A DNA stretch of 64,000 nucleotides from Acinetobacter phage SH-Ab 15599: the sequence record MH517022.1; one strand, given 5' to 3'. Below, piece by piece: positions 55,498-64,000 of the stretch. The notes beneath the pieces were generated by a model. It was not told where the DNA came from. It saw nothing but the letters and a program-made list of their open reading frames with translations, and ran no database searches. Position 1 is the stretch's first letter. Each line of letters begins with the position of its first letter. The position numbers and the translations under genes were made by a program.

Positions 55498-55556
55498 TTT
55501 TAAAGATCATTATCTTATTCAGTTATAATATTATCATCTACCTCTGGACAACTACA

Positions 55557-56159
55557 ATGATCAAATTTTCTGATTTCAAAGATAAGTCTTATTCCCTTGC
55601 AAGTCTTCAAGACATTTTGAATAAGGCGACCCAAGAATACGTTAAGGCTAATGACGCCGTGCGTCTTCCGCCTATAAACCCCTCTTCTCCTGGTTACCAA
55701 CATCATATGGTTCGTTGCGAAGCGTATGTTGATATTTTGGAAATGGCAATTGTCGGTAAAACAAAATTTGGAGCATATCCAGAAGGGAATAAACAACTGC
55801 ATCTTCCTGATCGTTTATCGTCTTTCAAATTTTTATATACAACTGAAGTTTGTGTCATTGTATCTGAAGACAGTTACGTTCAATCTGCTCTTCTGAAATT
55901 GTTTGCTTCAGCTAAAATTCAGTTCAAACTAGCAAATGCGCGTAGTGGACACTCCGTGTTCCGCAGCGCAATGGATAGACCATTACACGTTTGTTTATTC
56001 TTGGTTGAAACATTAGAAGATTCTTTATTTGGTGCTCCAATCATGGTAGTGAACAATATCAATGAAGATGTTCTGATCAAAACCGAAGAACGTCTTGCAG
56101 CAATCAAGAATGAAATGTTCAACAGAGGTTATTTGAAAGATAGTCTCACTCAAGTATAA
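55557..56159 (+). CDS. hypothetical protein (about 200 aa; start placed after the terminator)
   Basis: The longer ORF form at 55380 would span the terminator hairpin, so I prefer the internal ATG. It has no clear SD. Confidence 0.35.
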   Translation: MIKFSDFKDKSYSLASLQDILNKATQEYVKANDAVRLPPINPSSPGYQHHMVRCEAYVDILEMAIVGKTKFGAYPEGNKQLHLPDRLSSFKFLYTTEVCVIVSEDSYVQSALLKLFASAKIQFKLANARSGHSVFRSAMDRPLHVCLFLVETLEDSLFGAPIMVVNNINEDVLIKTEERLAAIKNEMFNRGYLKDSLTQV

Positions 56160-56237
56160 ACAAAACTTGATTTTTAATTGAATTCCTTTTTAAGATTATA
56201 ATCCATTTATGATTTGAAATACTAAAAGGAATTCAAG

Positions 56238-56354
56238 ATGAAAATTTACTCAGCAACTATCTTAACATGCCGTTATTGCTTCAAACCTGTTAACAACTAT
56301 AACCGCATTTGTGGTTTGTGCGATGCAGTGTTGCAAGAGGGCTTTGGCTACTAG
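56238..56354 (+). CDS. possible 38-aa zinc-ribbon mini-protein (not in the ORF track)
   Basis: MKIYSATILTCRYCFKPVNNYNRICGLCDAVLQEGFGY has two CxxC pairs. AGGAA lies upstream. Confidence 0.25.
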   Translation: MKIYSATILTCRYCFKPVNNYNRICGLCDAVLQEGFGY

Positions 56355-56365
56355 GAGTTCATTAA

Positions 56366-56587
56366 ATGAACGACAAACAATTATTGAAGTTAATGGCTTC
56401 AAATATTGCAGCAGGTATGGTCTCTTCGTTAAAAGATCAAAAGGATTATGACCGTTTCAAAGAAATGGCGGATAGAGAAGGTCTCAAAGTGAGAACGTGG
56501 ATTACTAAAAATTCCGTTCGTCAAGCCAAGTCTATCTCCAAAGAAGTTGATCAGACATATACCGTCGTTGATGAGCAGAAGGATTAA
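56366..56587 (+). CDS. small hypothetical protein (73 aa)
   Basis: An ORF with AGGAG upstream. Confidence 0.35.
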   Translation: MNDKQLLKLMASNIAAGMVSSLKDQKDYDRFKEMADREGLKVRTWITKNSVRQAKSISKEVDQTYTVVDEQKD

Positions 56588-56592
56588 AAGAG

Positions 56593-56898
56593 ATGGCAAC
56601 TTACATTCTTGAAAAACAAGACTTTGAACGTCATCTCGGATCAAAAACATTTACCTTTTGTAAGTTGCATACGACTTGGGACAGAAGAGATAATCAAAGT
56701 ATTTCTGAACTTTGGAAAGAGCATGTAAACCCTCATTTCAATGACTTCAGACATTCTGAGTTAAAAACGGCGTTTGTGGCTCTTCAACCTGTATTCCGTT
56801 GCGTTTCATTTTGTATGAGAGTTGAATTATCTCAAGAAGAAATGGATCATCTATTCAGATTAATTGAATTAGCGAATAGTGGAAAGGGTTCACTATAA
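56593..56898 (+). CDS. hypothetical protein (101 aa)
   Basis: An ORF with AAGAGA upstream. Confidence 0.4.
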   Translation: MATYILEKQDFERHLGSKTFTFCKLHTTWDRRDNQSISELWKEHVNPHFNDFRHSELKTAFVALQPVFRCVSFCMRVELSQEEMDHLFRLIELANSGKGSL

Positions 56899-57189
56899 TA
56901 ACTCTACTGATAATGATATGAGTTATGGTGAAGATGAGTTCCGACTTGTTTAACCCCTAAGACACTGAAGCCCTCGGGCATAACCAATAATGAGGATGTA
57001 GAAGACAGTAAGTTGATAAGGTTGAAATTCTTATCATCTGATATAGTTCTAAGATAGAAGGAGAGTATCAACTCTCAAACCAAGAGTCACTGCGGCTATT
57101 AAAGAATAGACATACTCATATCCTTCTTGAGAATTCAGCTTGTCGGTCGTTTTAGATGTTCAACAGCAACTTAAAAATATTTAGATGAA

Positions 57190-57222
57190 AGAGGGAGCAT
57201 TTCAGACTGGCTCCCTCTTTTA
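57190..57222 (+). terminator. rho-independent terminator AGAGGGAGC-N11-GCTCCCTCT followed by a T-run
   Basis: A 9-bp stem followed by TTTTAATTT. Confidence 0.6.
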
Positions 57223-57286
57223 ATTTGAGAATAACAATAACCCTAATGATCCAATATAATAAAGAAAATCAACAGAGACTCTCAAT

Positions 57287-57556
57287 ATGCTCACGCCAGA
57301 AGAACAACTCACCAAGCTTATAGCTTTCAAGGCTAAGATCGAATTGATCAAACCCCGTATCCCCTTGATGGGTTTAGAAGTTGAACAAGCTTGTCAAATC
57401 ATGTTTGAACTTGGAGAAGCTAATAACAGCATTTGGTTAGCGACTCGAAATCAATTGAGTCAAGGTATTGTTTGTAAATTAATTGAAATTATTGAAACTC
57501 GATACGGTCAAATATTAGATCAAGCAGAACAGGATGATTGGAATGAAGTTGATTAA
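57287..57556 (+). CDS. hypothetical protein (89 aa)
   Basis: ORF. Confidence 0.4.
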   Translation: MLTPEEQLTKLIAFKAKIELIKPRIPLMGLEVEQACQIMFELGEANNSIWLATRNQLSQGIVCKLIEIIETRYGQILDQAEQDDWNEVD

Positions 57557-57828
57557 ATCAATAATTGGAAAAACGTTTTGTATCCTTGCTTTACCATTCT
57601 TTGGAATTGGTATGGCTTGTTTATACATTGCTGCAGTCATTACAGATACATTCATTGATTGGTGATTCAAAATGAGCAGAACGCGTAAGGGTAGTAAACC
57701 AGTTGGATATGAATACTGGGGCAAGCGTCCAGGGTCTTATTGGGTAGACAGAAAGACCTGCCATCGTAAAGAGCGCATGGAAGGCAAAGATGAGGTTAGA
57801 AACAATCTCAAGAATGAGGAGAAACATA

Positions 57829-58263
57829 ATGCAGATGTGTTATGACAGTACATATTTCGACTGGGGAACCTACCCAAGCTGGGTCAATTGTATATTAGTT
57901 TCAAGAGTAAAACGGGAAGAGTATGATGAGTCTACAGGTTCCAATAAGCAAGTAACTTATCGCCTTTCATCTCCTCTTATGGATATGCCTACATTTGAAA
58001 ATGGCGTTTATAGATTTGAGGGATTGTATATTCAGAAACAAATTGATGAAGGTACTCTTGAGCCTCTGGAGTTACACACTAAACCTACTCCGTGTCCATT
58101 TCAAATAGGAGAGATTGTTGAACTATTTTATGAAGGGCGTACAGTGGTGGGCAATGGTTCTAGAGTTCAATTGCTTGAAATACTCGGTAATGGTTGGGTT
58201 GTAGTTACGACTGGTATTAGTCAATGGCCTGAGCGTGTATCTAATATTCGTAAATGTTCATGA
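57829..58263 (+). CDS. hypothetical protein (144 aa)
   Basis: GAGGAG lies 8 nt upstream of ATG (MQMCYD). Confidence 0.4.
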   Translation: MQMCYDSTYFDWGTYPSWVNCILVSRVKREEYDESTGSNKQVTYRLSSPLMDMPTFENGVYRFEGLYIQKQIDEGTLEPLELHTKPTPCPFQIGEIVELFYEGRTVVGNGSRVQLLEILGNGWVVVTTGISQWPERVSNIRKCS

Positions 58264-58289
58264 ACAAAAATTTTTAAATTCCATAAAAA

Positions 58290-58313
58290 TTGCCCTGTTA
58301 TTAACAGGGCTTT
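58290..58313. terminator. bidirectional terminator GCCCTGTTATTAACAGGGC with an A-run on one side and a T-run on the other
   Basis: It serves the convergent + strand ORF and minus-strand TerL. It is part of a repeated element also found near 3372-3396. Confidence 0.65.
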
Positions 58314-58353
58314 TTAGTGTCTTATTTTGTCTCCCAGCCTACCGTGTGACTGG

Positions 58354-60165
58354 TTAATTCCAATATCCATTTCTTCCATAAGAATCATGAACATAAGGGT
58401 CATACATATCTGTACCTCTTAATCCAGCGTAAGGGTCGGGATCATTATCAGCAAAGAACTGTTCCACGCTTCTGTTTTTAAGATATGCTAAACGTTCTTC
58501 ATCTTCATTCTGCATAGATGTTGAGCTGAAGAATGTAGCCATAGCGGTATCAGACAATTTAGCGTCATGGATAGCTTTTAGACGGTCTTGAATAGTCTTT
58601 TTATCAGCCGTCTCAAACTCTGAAATGAAGAACGGGTCTTTCACCAACCAACTGAATAACACAAGTGTCATTACAGTATCGTCTTTCGCGCCTTCATCTG
58701 CCTCATATGATCCAGTCTTGTTAGCTACGAAAGTGCCCAACTCATCAATCATGATCTCAGATTCAATAACTAATGATTCCGTTTCTAACAAGGTTTTAAG
58801 GTTAGAACAACCAATAGATTTAGTTGCTTTAGTTGTCTTAATGCCTGGTTTAGCTCCAGAACCACCAATTTGTAAACCAAGACCGTTCTTTTTAGCAGAT
58901 GTCAAGAATACATTTTCATATTCAATTTCATAGTACAGAATCTGAATAATTTGAGAACCAACGGCGTTATTCTCTACCAGACACCAAGCATTGTTGTACT
59001 GAGTACAGATTCTTTCTATCTCATAAGGGAATAGGAGTGGCGAGATAGTGTTAGAATGATATGTGGCCACAACTTTGTATGGCTTCTCAGTTACATCAAA
59101 GATCGTAATGACGGAGTTGTCTTGACCTACCCCCTCGGCACAGTCCACTGTTGCCACATATAGACGTTCTTTATCAGGAGCTGTTAAAATTTCATACGCG
59201 CCGTCATCAAATGAATGAATCGGAGACGCAAATGACATTTTCTCAAGAATATTTGAAGAAATCAAACCGCCAGCTGATGCAAGGAACTTACACTCATGTT
59301 CTTGAGAGAATCTAGAATCGCCCAATGATTTACGAGTTTTGTTAGCCCAATCTTCAGTACGTCCAGGCACACTTCTCCAAGTAACAAGAAGTGATTTGAA
59401 TCCATTCCAATTTTCTCCTTTACCTTGAGAGCCTTGCCAGATTTTATGGAATTGACCTCTGGCTCCCTTAGGAGTAGATGTGATGAGAATCTTAGATGTT
59501 TCACCTGAAGATACAACTGGGAATACAGAATCAACAAAGTCTTCGTCATTGGCTAAGAACGCCATCTCATCAAGATACAGTAATGATGCTGAACGACCAC
59601 GAATAGAGTCAGAAGATGATGCATGACCTTCACAAGATGAACCATTTTCAAACAAGATGTTACCTTGGTTGAATGCGACTGCGCCCTGTTGTAAGAAGTA
59701 TGGCAATTCTTCATATAAACGTCTTAGACGCTTCATGATTTCCATTGCCTGAGCTTCTTTGTTAGCAAGTACGTGACAATCTTTCTCAGCATGGAAGATC
59801 AAATACCAAGCCAAGAACCCTACAACAGCAGTAGTCTTACCAGCCTGACGACAAGTAAGAGCAATATTATAGCGATTCTCTTGATAGTTCTTGATCATTT
59901 CCTCTTGATATGGGTATAACTCAAGAGGTACAAGACCTCGGTCAACGTGTACTACGCGTCCATAGGTCTTCAAGAAGTAAATTGGATCTTTCTTACACTT
60001 CAGCCATTCTTTGATCTGAGCTTCAGACATGTCAATAGACACACCAGCTCTCTTCACACGAGGTTTACCAACAAACAATTGTTCTTTTGTAAGAATGGAA
60101 TCCTCTACAGGCCAAGGGTATTTGCCACCATTCTTTTGAAATGTAGTGATTCCATCTGCTTTCAT
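58354..60165 (-). CDS. 17: terminase large subunit (gp17)
   Basis: ALTCRQAGKTT is Walker A, SLLYLDEMAF is Walker B, and a C-terminal RNaseH-like nuclease region follows. Its size is 603 aa. Confidence 0.9.
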   Translation of the reverse strand: MKADGITTFQKNGGKYPWPVEDSILTKEQLFVGKPRVKRAGVSIDMSEAQIKEWLKCKKDPIYFLKTYGRVVHVDRGLVPLELYPYQEEMIKNYQENRYNIALTCRQAGKTTAVVGFLAWYLIFHAEKDCHVLANKEAQAMEIMKRLRRLYEELPYFLQQGAVAFNQGNILFENGSSCEGHASSSDSIRGRSASLLYLDEMAFLANDEDFVDSVFPVVSSGETSKILITSTPKGARGQFHKIWQGSQGKGENWNGFKSLLVTWRSVPGRTEDWANKTRKSLGDSRFSQEHECKFLASAGGLISSNILEKMSFASPIHSFDDGAYEILTAPDKERLYVATVDCAEGVGQDNSVITIFDVTEKPYKVVATYHSNTISPLLFPYEIERICTQYNNAWCLVENNAVGSQIIQILYYEIEYENVFLTSAKKNGLGLQIGGSGAKPGIKTTKATKSIGCSNLKTLLETESLVIESEIMIDELGTFVANKTGSYEADEGAKDDTVMTLVLFSWLVKDPFFISEFETADKKTIQDRLKAIHDAKLSDTAMATFFSSTSMQNEDEERLAYLKNRSVEQFFADNDPDPYAGLRGTDMYDPYVHDSYGRNGYWN

Positions 60166-60674
60166 TAAGAGTTACCGCCTTGACTATTACGTTCAGCTTC
60201 AGCTTCATCAGCTAATCTGAGGAGTTCAGATGTATTTACTGCTACTGTCTTAGCGATGTTAATTGTTGTACCTTCTTCAGCCTCTTCAGGTGGCGTCTTA
60301 GGAACAACTTTAGCGTCTTTGTAAATGGTCTTCATGTTACTATGAAGTGAAACAAGTTCTTTCACAGAGTTCAAAGCATTTGAAGATGCAGAGTTGAAAG
60401 CCTCAATTGCTCGAGGGTGTTCAGTCTCTTTAGCAACTGTAGATGCTCTATGAGTGATCTCAAGGTTCATTGTAATCAATGCATGAATGGCACTACGAGC
60501 AAAAGACAAGTCTGGTTTAGCATCAGAGTCTTCAATATCAGGCGCATTGGATGGTTTGATTTCAAGCTCAAAATCTTCGCGCTGCGGTCTCTCATCTGGA
60601 GATACGTCTCCTAGATTTGTATCTGAGCCTGCGGGGATAATCCCCAACTCAGATAAAAGGTTATTCATGCTCAT
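60165..60674 (-). CDS. 16: putative terminase small subunit (gp16 position)
   Basis: A 169-aa ORF overlapping the TerL start (ATGA), in the gene 16 position. Confidence 0.5.
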   Translation of the reverse strand: MSMNNLLSELGIIPAGSDTNLGDVSPDERPQREDFELEIKPSNAPDIEDSDAKPDLSFARSAIHALITMNLEITHRASTVAKETEHPRAIEAFNSASSNALNSVKELVSLHSNMKTIYKDAKVVPKTPPEEAEEGTTINIAKTVAVNTSELLRLADEAEAERNSQGGNS

Positions 60675-61446
60675 TCATATCCTCCACAACAACCTGTTTC
60701 AATGATCTCAATTCTACATCTTCAGAAGGTGCAATGGTTGTGATCCATTTATTTTCTTCCAAATTAGTGTCAATTTGGAGAACAACTGGAACATCATCAA
60801 TTGAATTGTACAAGTATCCCTTCAGCGTGAACATCAGGTTGAACTCTACAATTCTGGTTTGATCCATATCCTCGAAATTGTCAGTAAGATCCATTGATGG
60901 ATGTTTTCTTATATTTATGACTCTGGTAACGTCAAGAATTGAAGAATCCAAAACTCTAACGTTCACGCCCTTTGCAAATGCAGATTCGATCTGTTCAAAG
61001 ATCAATAATGCCTCGGTTGTTGTATTTGTTCTTACAGTTAACACATAATCTACATTATATGGAGATGGAGCAAGAGCTGATTTAGAAAAAGCTGTATTTC
61101 TTTTGTAATAAATGCTGGCACTCTTTACTCTGGCATGATCCACTGTTTGTCTAGAACCATCCCTTTGAATGGAACCGAAAGTGAATGCCATAGCTGGTAG
61201 AGTAGGTTTAGCCTTTGGGGTCCCGCTATCATTCAGTTGCGTATCACCTTTGTTTCTCACATTACCATTGGCAAAACGGATTGGTACGGGGATTTCTTTC
61301 CCACCCAATCTGATCTTGAACCCAGAGAACAATGCACCGAAGATTGCTGAATAACGACTCAGTTGAGATTGCTCTACAATATGATGTCCATCTGCAAATA
61401 AAGAAAACTGGTTAGACATATCATTCTCCAAATGGGTTATCAACAT
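60661..61446 (-). CDS. 15: putative tail sheath stabiliser / tail completion protein (gp15 position)
   Basis: The synteny 13-14-15-16-17 on the minus strand and its size (261 aa, against T4 gp15 at 272 aa). Confidence 0.45.
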   Translation of the reverse strand: MLITHLENDMSNQFSLFADGHHIVEQSQLSRYSAIFGALFSGFKIRLGGKEIPVPIRFANGNVRNKGDTQLNDSGTPKAKPTLPAMAFTFGSIQRDGSRQTVDHARVKSASIYYKRNTAFSKSALAPSPYNVDYVLTVRTNTTTEALLIFEQIESAFAKGVNVRVLDSSILDVTRVINIRKHPSMDLTDNFEDMDQTRIVEFNLMFTLKGYLYNSIDDVPVVLQIDTNLEENKWITTIAPSEDVELRSLKQVVVEDMNEHE

Positions 61447-62050
61447 CGAACTTGACTACAGCTTCAATAGCATTAGCTGCCGTATCTTCAAAATTCTCAC
61501 TTTCATCCTGAGAAGGAAGTCCTTTGGCAAGATCGTCAAGAACGCCTTGGAAAACGTAATCTTGATTATCAAAAGCATCTTCATGTTTTGGTTGATAGAT
61601 TGTACAGTTGATAATCCAGCTATATCGTTTAGCCCCGACATAATATGTGTCATCAGTTCTCACGCGTCTTATTTCCCAGAGTCTATTACCAACTGGGTCA
61701 TATAACACGTCTCCCTCTTTGGGTTCGGAAATATTGAAGGGCTTTGATTCTTCCTTAAATCGACTCATAGCAAATCTAAGGACGGCTGTATCTGAAGGGA
61801 TTACACCCCAGTTACTGAAGATATCAGCCTCGCCCCCGAAATTCTGGATTTCAATAACTTCACCCTCAATGGTGAATTGACGGGCTAATTTTTTGATTTC
61901 AGCATCATTCAAAGCATTATGTTCAGATTCGATCAACTGAATATATTTGAAATCAATGCCTACAACTTGAATAGCCTCAACAACTAGATCATTGTATAGG
62001 TCGCATTCTCCATCCGTTACTTGGATGGCATTTAACATTGGATTTAGCAT
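61421..62050 (-). CDS. 14: putative neck protein (gp14 position)
   Basis: Synteny and size (209 aa). Confidence 0.45.
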   Translation of the reverse strand: MLNPMLNAIQVTDGECDLYNDLVVEAIQVVGIDFKYIQLIESEHNALNDAEIKKLARQFTIEGEVIEIQNFGGEADIFSNWGVIPSDTAVLRFAMSRFKEESKPFNISEPKEGDVLYDPVGNRLWEIRRVRTDDTYYVGAKRYSWIINCTIYQPKHEDAFDNQDYVFQGVLDDLAKGLPSQDESENFEDTAANAIEAVVKFDVDNPFGE

Positions 62051-62072
62051 CAGTTGATCTCCTCTGGTCTAT

Positions 62073-62858
62073 TTACGCTAGATAAAATAAATCACATGCT
62101 TCATTGCGTAAACGTTGCATAATGTCATCTTCATCTTGACGCCCTTGCTCTAACATAGCTTGACCGCTGATAACTTGTCCGCCAGGCAAGCGCATACCTT
62201 CGTATTTCGACATTGTTTGACCAATAATCTGTTTACAAAAGGCAGTAGCCAAATCTTGCATGGTTTCATTATCAAAGATAAGACCGCCGTTGATTTCACT
62301 AATTGGAACAGTTTGGTTCATACCAGTATGTTGTTCTTCAGGAGGATAATCTTCAATGGCTCTTACGCAGATCATATCATTCAATTTCACAGGAAACTTT
62401 AACATAACGCGGTGATTGAATTTAGAGAATACAAATGGAAAGATGTCCATACCAGTGGTAATCTTATATGTATCAACCCGAGCTAATGCCGCAAAATAGT
62501 CTACCATAGACAAAGGTGTCATAAACACCCCATTTAGGAACACATTGCGAGTGAGAGTGAATTCAGTTGTAGCAAAGTACAATGGATCTGAATTTGTATT
62601 ACCAGCCGGGATAATATCAGTGACGGCGTCAAATGTATCTGGTACTACAAAATAACCTTGGTCAAGAATCTCTTGGGTAATCTTAACAACACAGAAAGAT
62701 TCAAATGAAAAGTTGGTATGCCATCTCCACATTTTCTTCAGTGCGCCGTCAATAGCCCCGTTCATCTGCTCATCAGTAATGTTGATCTTCACTACTGGAT
62801 AACCTAAAGAGTTCATGATGCGAGATTTTACATCAGCTCTCGTTCTATTTCTGTACAT
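62073..62858 (-). CDS. 13: putative neck protein (gp13 position)
   Basis: Synteny and size (261 aa). Confidence 0.45.
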   Translation of the reverse strand: MYRNRTRADVKSRIMNSLGYPVVKINITDEQMNGAIDGALKKMWRWHTNFSFESFCVVKITQEILDQGYFVVPDTFDAVTDIIPAGNTNSDPLYFATTEFTLTRNVFLNGVFMTPLSMVDYFAALARVDTYKITTGMDIFPFVFSKFNHRVMLKFPVKLNDMICVRAIEDYPPEEQHTGMNQTVPISEINGGLIFDNETMQDLATAFCKQIIGQTMSKYEGMRLPGGQVISGQAMLEQGRQDEDDIMQRLRNEACDLFYLA

Positions 62859-63069
62859 TGTTCATTAACTCCCGTATCTGCTCTTGCTGTTCATTATACA
62901 GACGTTTTAATGTTAGGACATCAGATTCAAGACTTTCAATTCTTTGTTTCTGAGTCCTAACAATTTCTCTTGATTTTACAAACTGAAGGAAGCCTTCGGT
63001 ATCGTTATTTGATACCGAAGCCCCTTGTCTAATCCATTTATCGCTCATATTAGCCTTACGCCAACGCAA
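62845..63069 (-). CDS. small coiled-coil protein (74 aa)
   Basis: ORF. The C-terminal half is a heptad-rich helix. Confidence 0.35.
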   Translation of the reverse strand: MRWRKANMSDKWIRQGASVSNNDTEGFLQFVKSREIVRTQKQRIESLESDVLTLKRLYNEQQEQIRELMNNVQK

Positions 63070-64000
63070 TCAAACGCAATTCACTCAATTCAGGGGCTTG
63101 GTTCCCTTCAGACGCAAACAGTTCAATGCGAAGTTTTAATCCCAAGAATGTATCTTGAGTATTAATCTCATATTCAGCTTCATATGAATCGGAGTTAGAG
63201 TTTTTGAAGTTCTTAACAACAGAAACATCCTTCCATTCTTTGTTTGTCAAGTTCTCATCCCCAGAAGTCAAATCCTTGTATTTCAACTTCACACTAGAAC
63301 CATATGGAATGTTACCAACCAAGTAGATTCTAGCAGATGTTGAAGGGTTGTTGAACTTCATAGAACGGGTGATGACCTTAGCAATTACATCAGTCGCATT
63401 AGTGCTGATACGCGAACCAATTAATTCAAGTCCAGCTCCATCTAGATCAATCATTGGAGTAACCCATTCATTGTCAGATTTCATTGTAATTGAAAGTTTT
63501 GGTTTAAGGTCTTTAGTTGAAATTCCATCAAATGGCATATCAGCTAATGTATCAGGTAATAGACCTGTGAATGTTGCAGCTGTTCTGTTACCTTGTTGAT
63601 GAGTTAACAAGTCAAGAGATAAAGATGTACTATCAAGAACAAATGTTCCTAACCAAGGGCACACTTTATCAAACGGGTTGTTACAAGCTACCATGATAGC
63701 GCCACCGCCAATGGAACCGCTAACCAAAGCAGGGGTAGTTGCATCAATAGTGAACCAGTCTACATCTGCAGTTACAACGCGTTGTTCTTGGTTGATACGC
63801 GATGCATCAATTCCATTACCAGATACTGCTCCAGTAATAGAGACGTAATCGCCCACTTTCAGACCGTGACCAAGACACTCTACTTTTAACGAAGAGCTTG
63901 CTTCTGTAGTAGAGATTGAGTTGTATGGTAAAAGTCTTGCGCTTGGTGAAGAACCTTCTAAAACGGCGGTATAAGCTGTATCGGTCTTAAATTTACAACC
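63056..64000 (-). CDS. structural protein, 3' portion (open to the window end; start outside the window)
   Basis: The frame is open on the minus strand from 63056 to 64000 without a stop. The sequence is Gly/Ser/Thr-rich, typical of a fibre or baseplate protein. Confidence 0.4.
   Translation of the reverse strand, partial: GCKFKTDTAYTAVLEGSSPSARLLPYNSISTTEASSSLKVECLGHGLKVGDYVSITGAVSGNGIDASRINQEQRVVTADVDWFTIDATTPALVSGSIGGGAIMVACNNPFDKVCPWLGTFVLDSTSLSLDLLTHQQGNRTAATFTGLLPDTLADMPFDGISTKDLKPKLSITMKSDNEWVTPMIDLDGAGLELIGSRISTNATDVIAKVITRSMKFNNPSTSARIYLVGNIPYGSSVKLKYKDLTSGDENLTNKEWKDVSVVKNFKNSNSDSYEAEYEINTQDTFLGLKLRIELFASEGNQAPELSELRLIALA

Noticed and set aside
57515-57827. Minus-strand ORFs of 69 and 68 aa in the 57.5-57.8 kb spacer
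   Set aside because: They would be antisense to a run of + strand genes and to better-supported + strand mini-ORFs, and they lack an RBS.
1-64000. A CRISPR array or integrase/attachment sites
   Set aside because: No regularly spaced direct repeats and no tyrosine or serine recombinase were seen. The only repeats are dispersed terminator and operator-like elements.

Overview
This window reads as a segment of a T4-like (Straboviridae/Tevenvirinae-type) myovirus genome, AT-rich at roughly 36-38% GC, with T4 core genes in an order different from T4 itself. It opens with the 3' end of a major capsid (gp23-like) gene on the + strand and closes with a minus-strand late-gene block: TerL (gp17), TerS (gp16), gp15, gp14, gp13 and a structural gene that runs off the end of the window. 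In between I recognise these replication and recombination genes: a PolB DNA polymerase gp43 (interrupted, see below), topoisomerase II gp52 and a fused gp39+60, the UvsW helicase, gp47/gp46 (Mre11/Rad50-like), gp61 primase, an RNase HI-type enzyme, the gp55 late sigma factor, and rIIA/rIIB. There is a cluster of three tRNAs (Arg-UCU, Asn-GUU, and probably Glu-UUC). Three free-standing homing endonuclease genes are present: a GIY-YIG gene just after gene 23, an HNH gene inside the polymerase gene, and an HNH gene inside the tRNA cluster. The rest is small hypothetical genes, including four tandem paralog pairs, and several intergenic hairpins that recur as near-identical copies.

The strongest finding is that gp43 is interrupted exactly within the motif A (DxxSLYPS) codons by an insert of about 1.17 kb that has the hallmarks of a self-splicing group I intron carrying the HNH gene. 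The exon end GCCCU pairs with an intron GGGGC guide sequence through a U-G wobble at the splice site, a GAAA-tetraloop hairpin follows immediately, the insert ends in G, and removing it restores ...DANAL|YPHMAQQFNMGIETL... in frame, which aligns with T4 gp43 motif A and its flank (DLTSLYPSIIRQVNISPETI).

Other points worth a second look are an NADAR + DUF4326 gene pair, an uncharacterised protein with a possible nucleotidyltransferase fold, an IS3-OrfA-like HTH fused to an unknown domain, a ParB-like nuclease sitting where T4 has alpha-gt, a prohibitin-like SPFH protein, structured RNAs next to the tRNAs, and duplicated terminator hairpins that bracket accessory modules in the manner of PeSL elements. 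All coordinates and boundaries come from reading the sequence by eye, without alignment tools.
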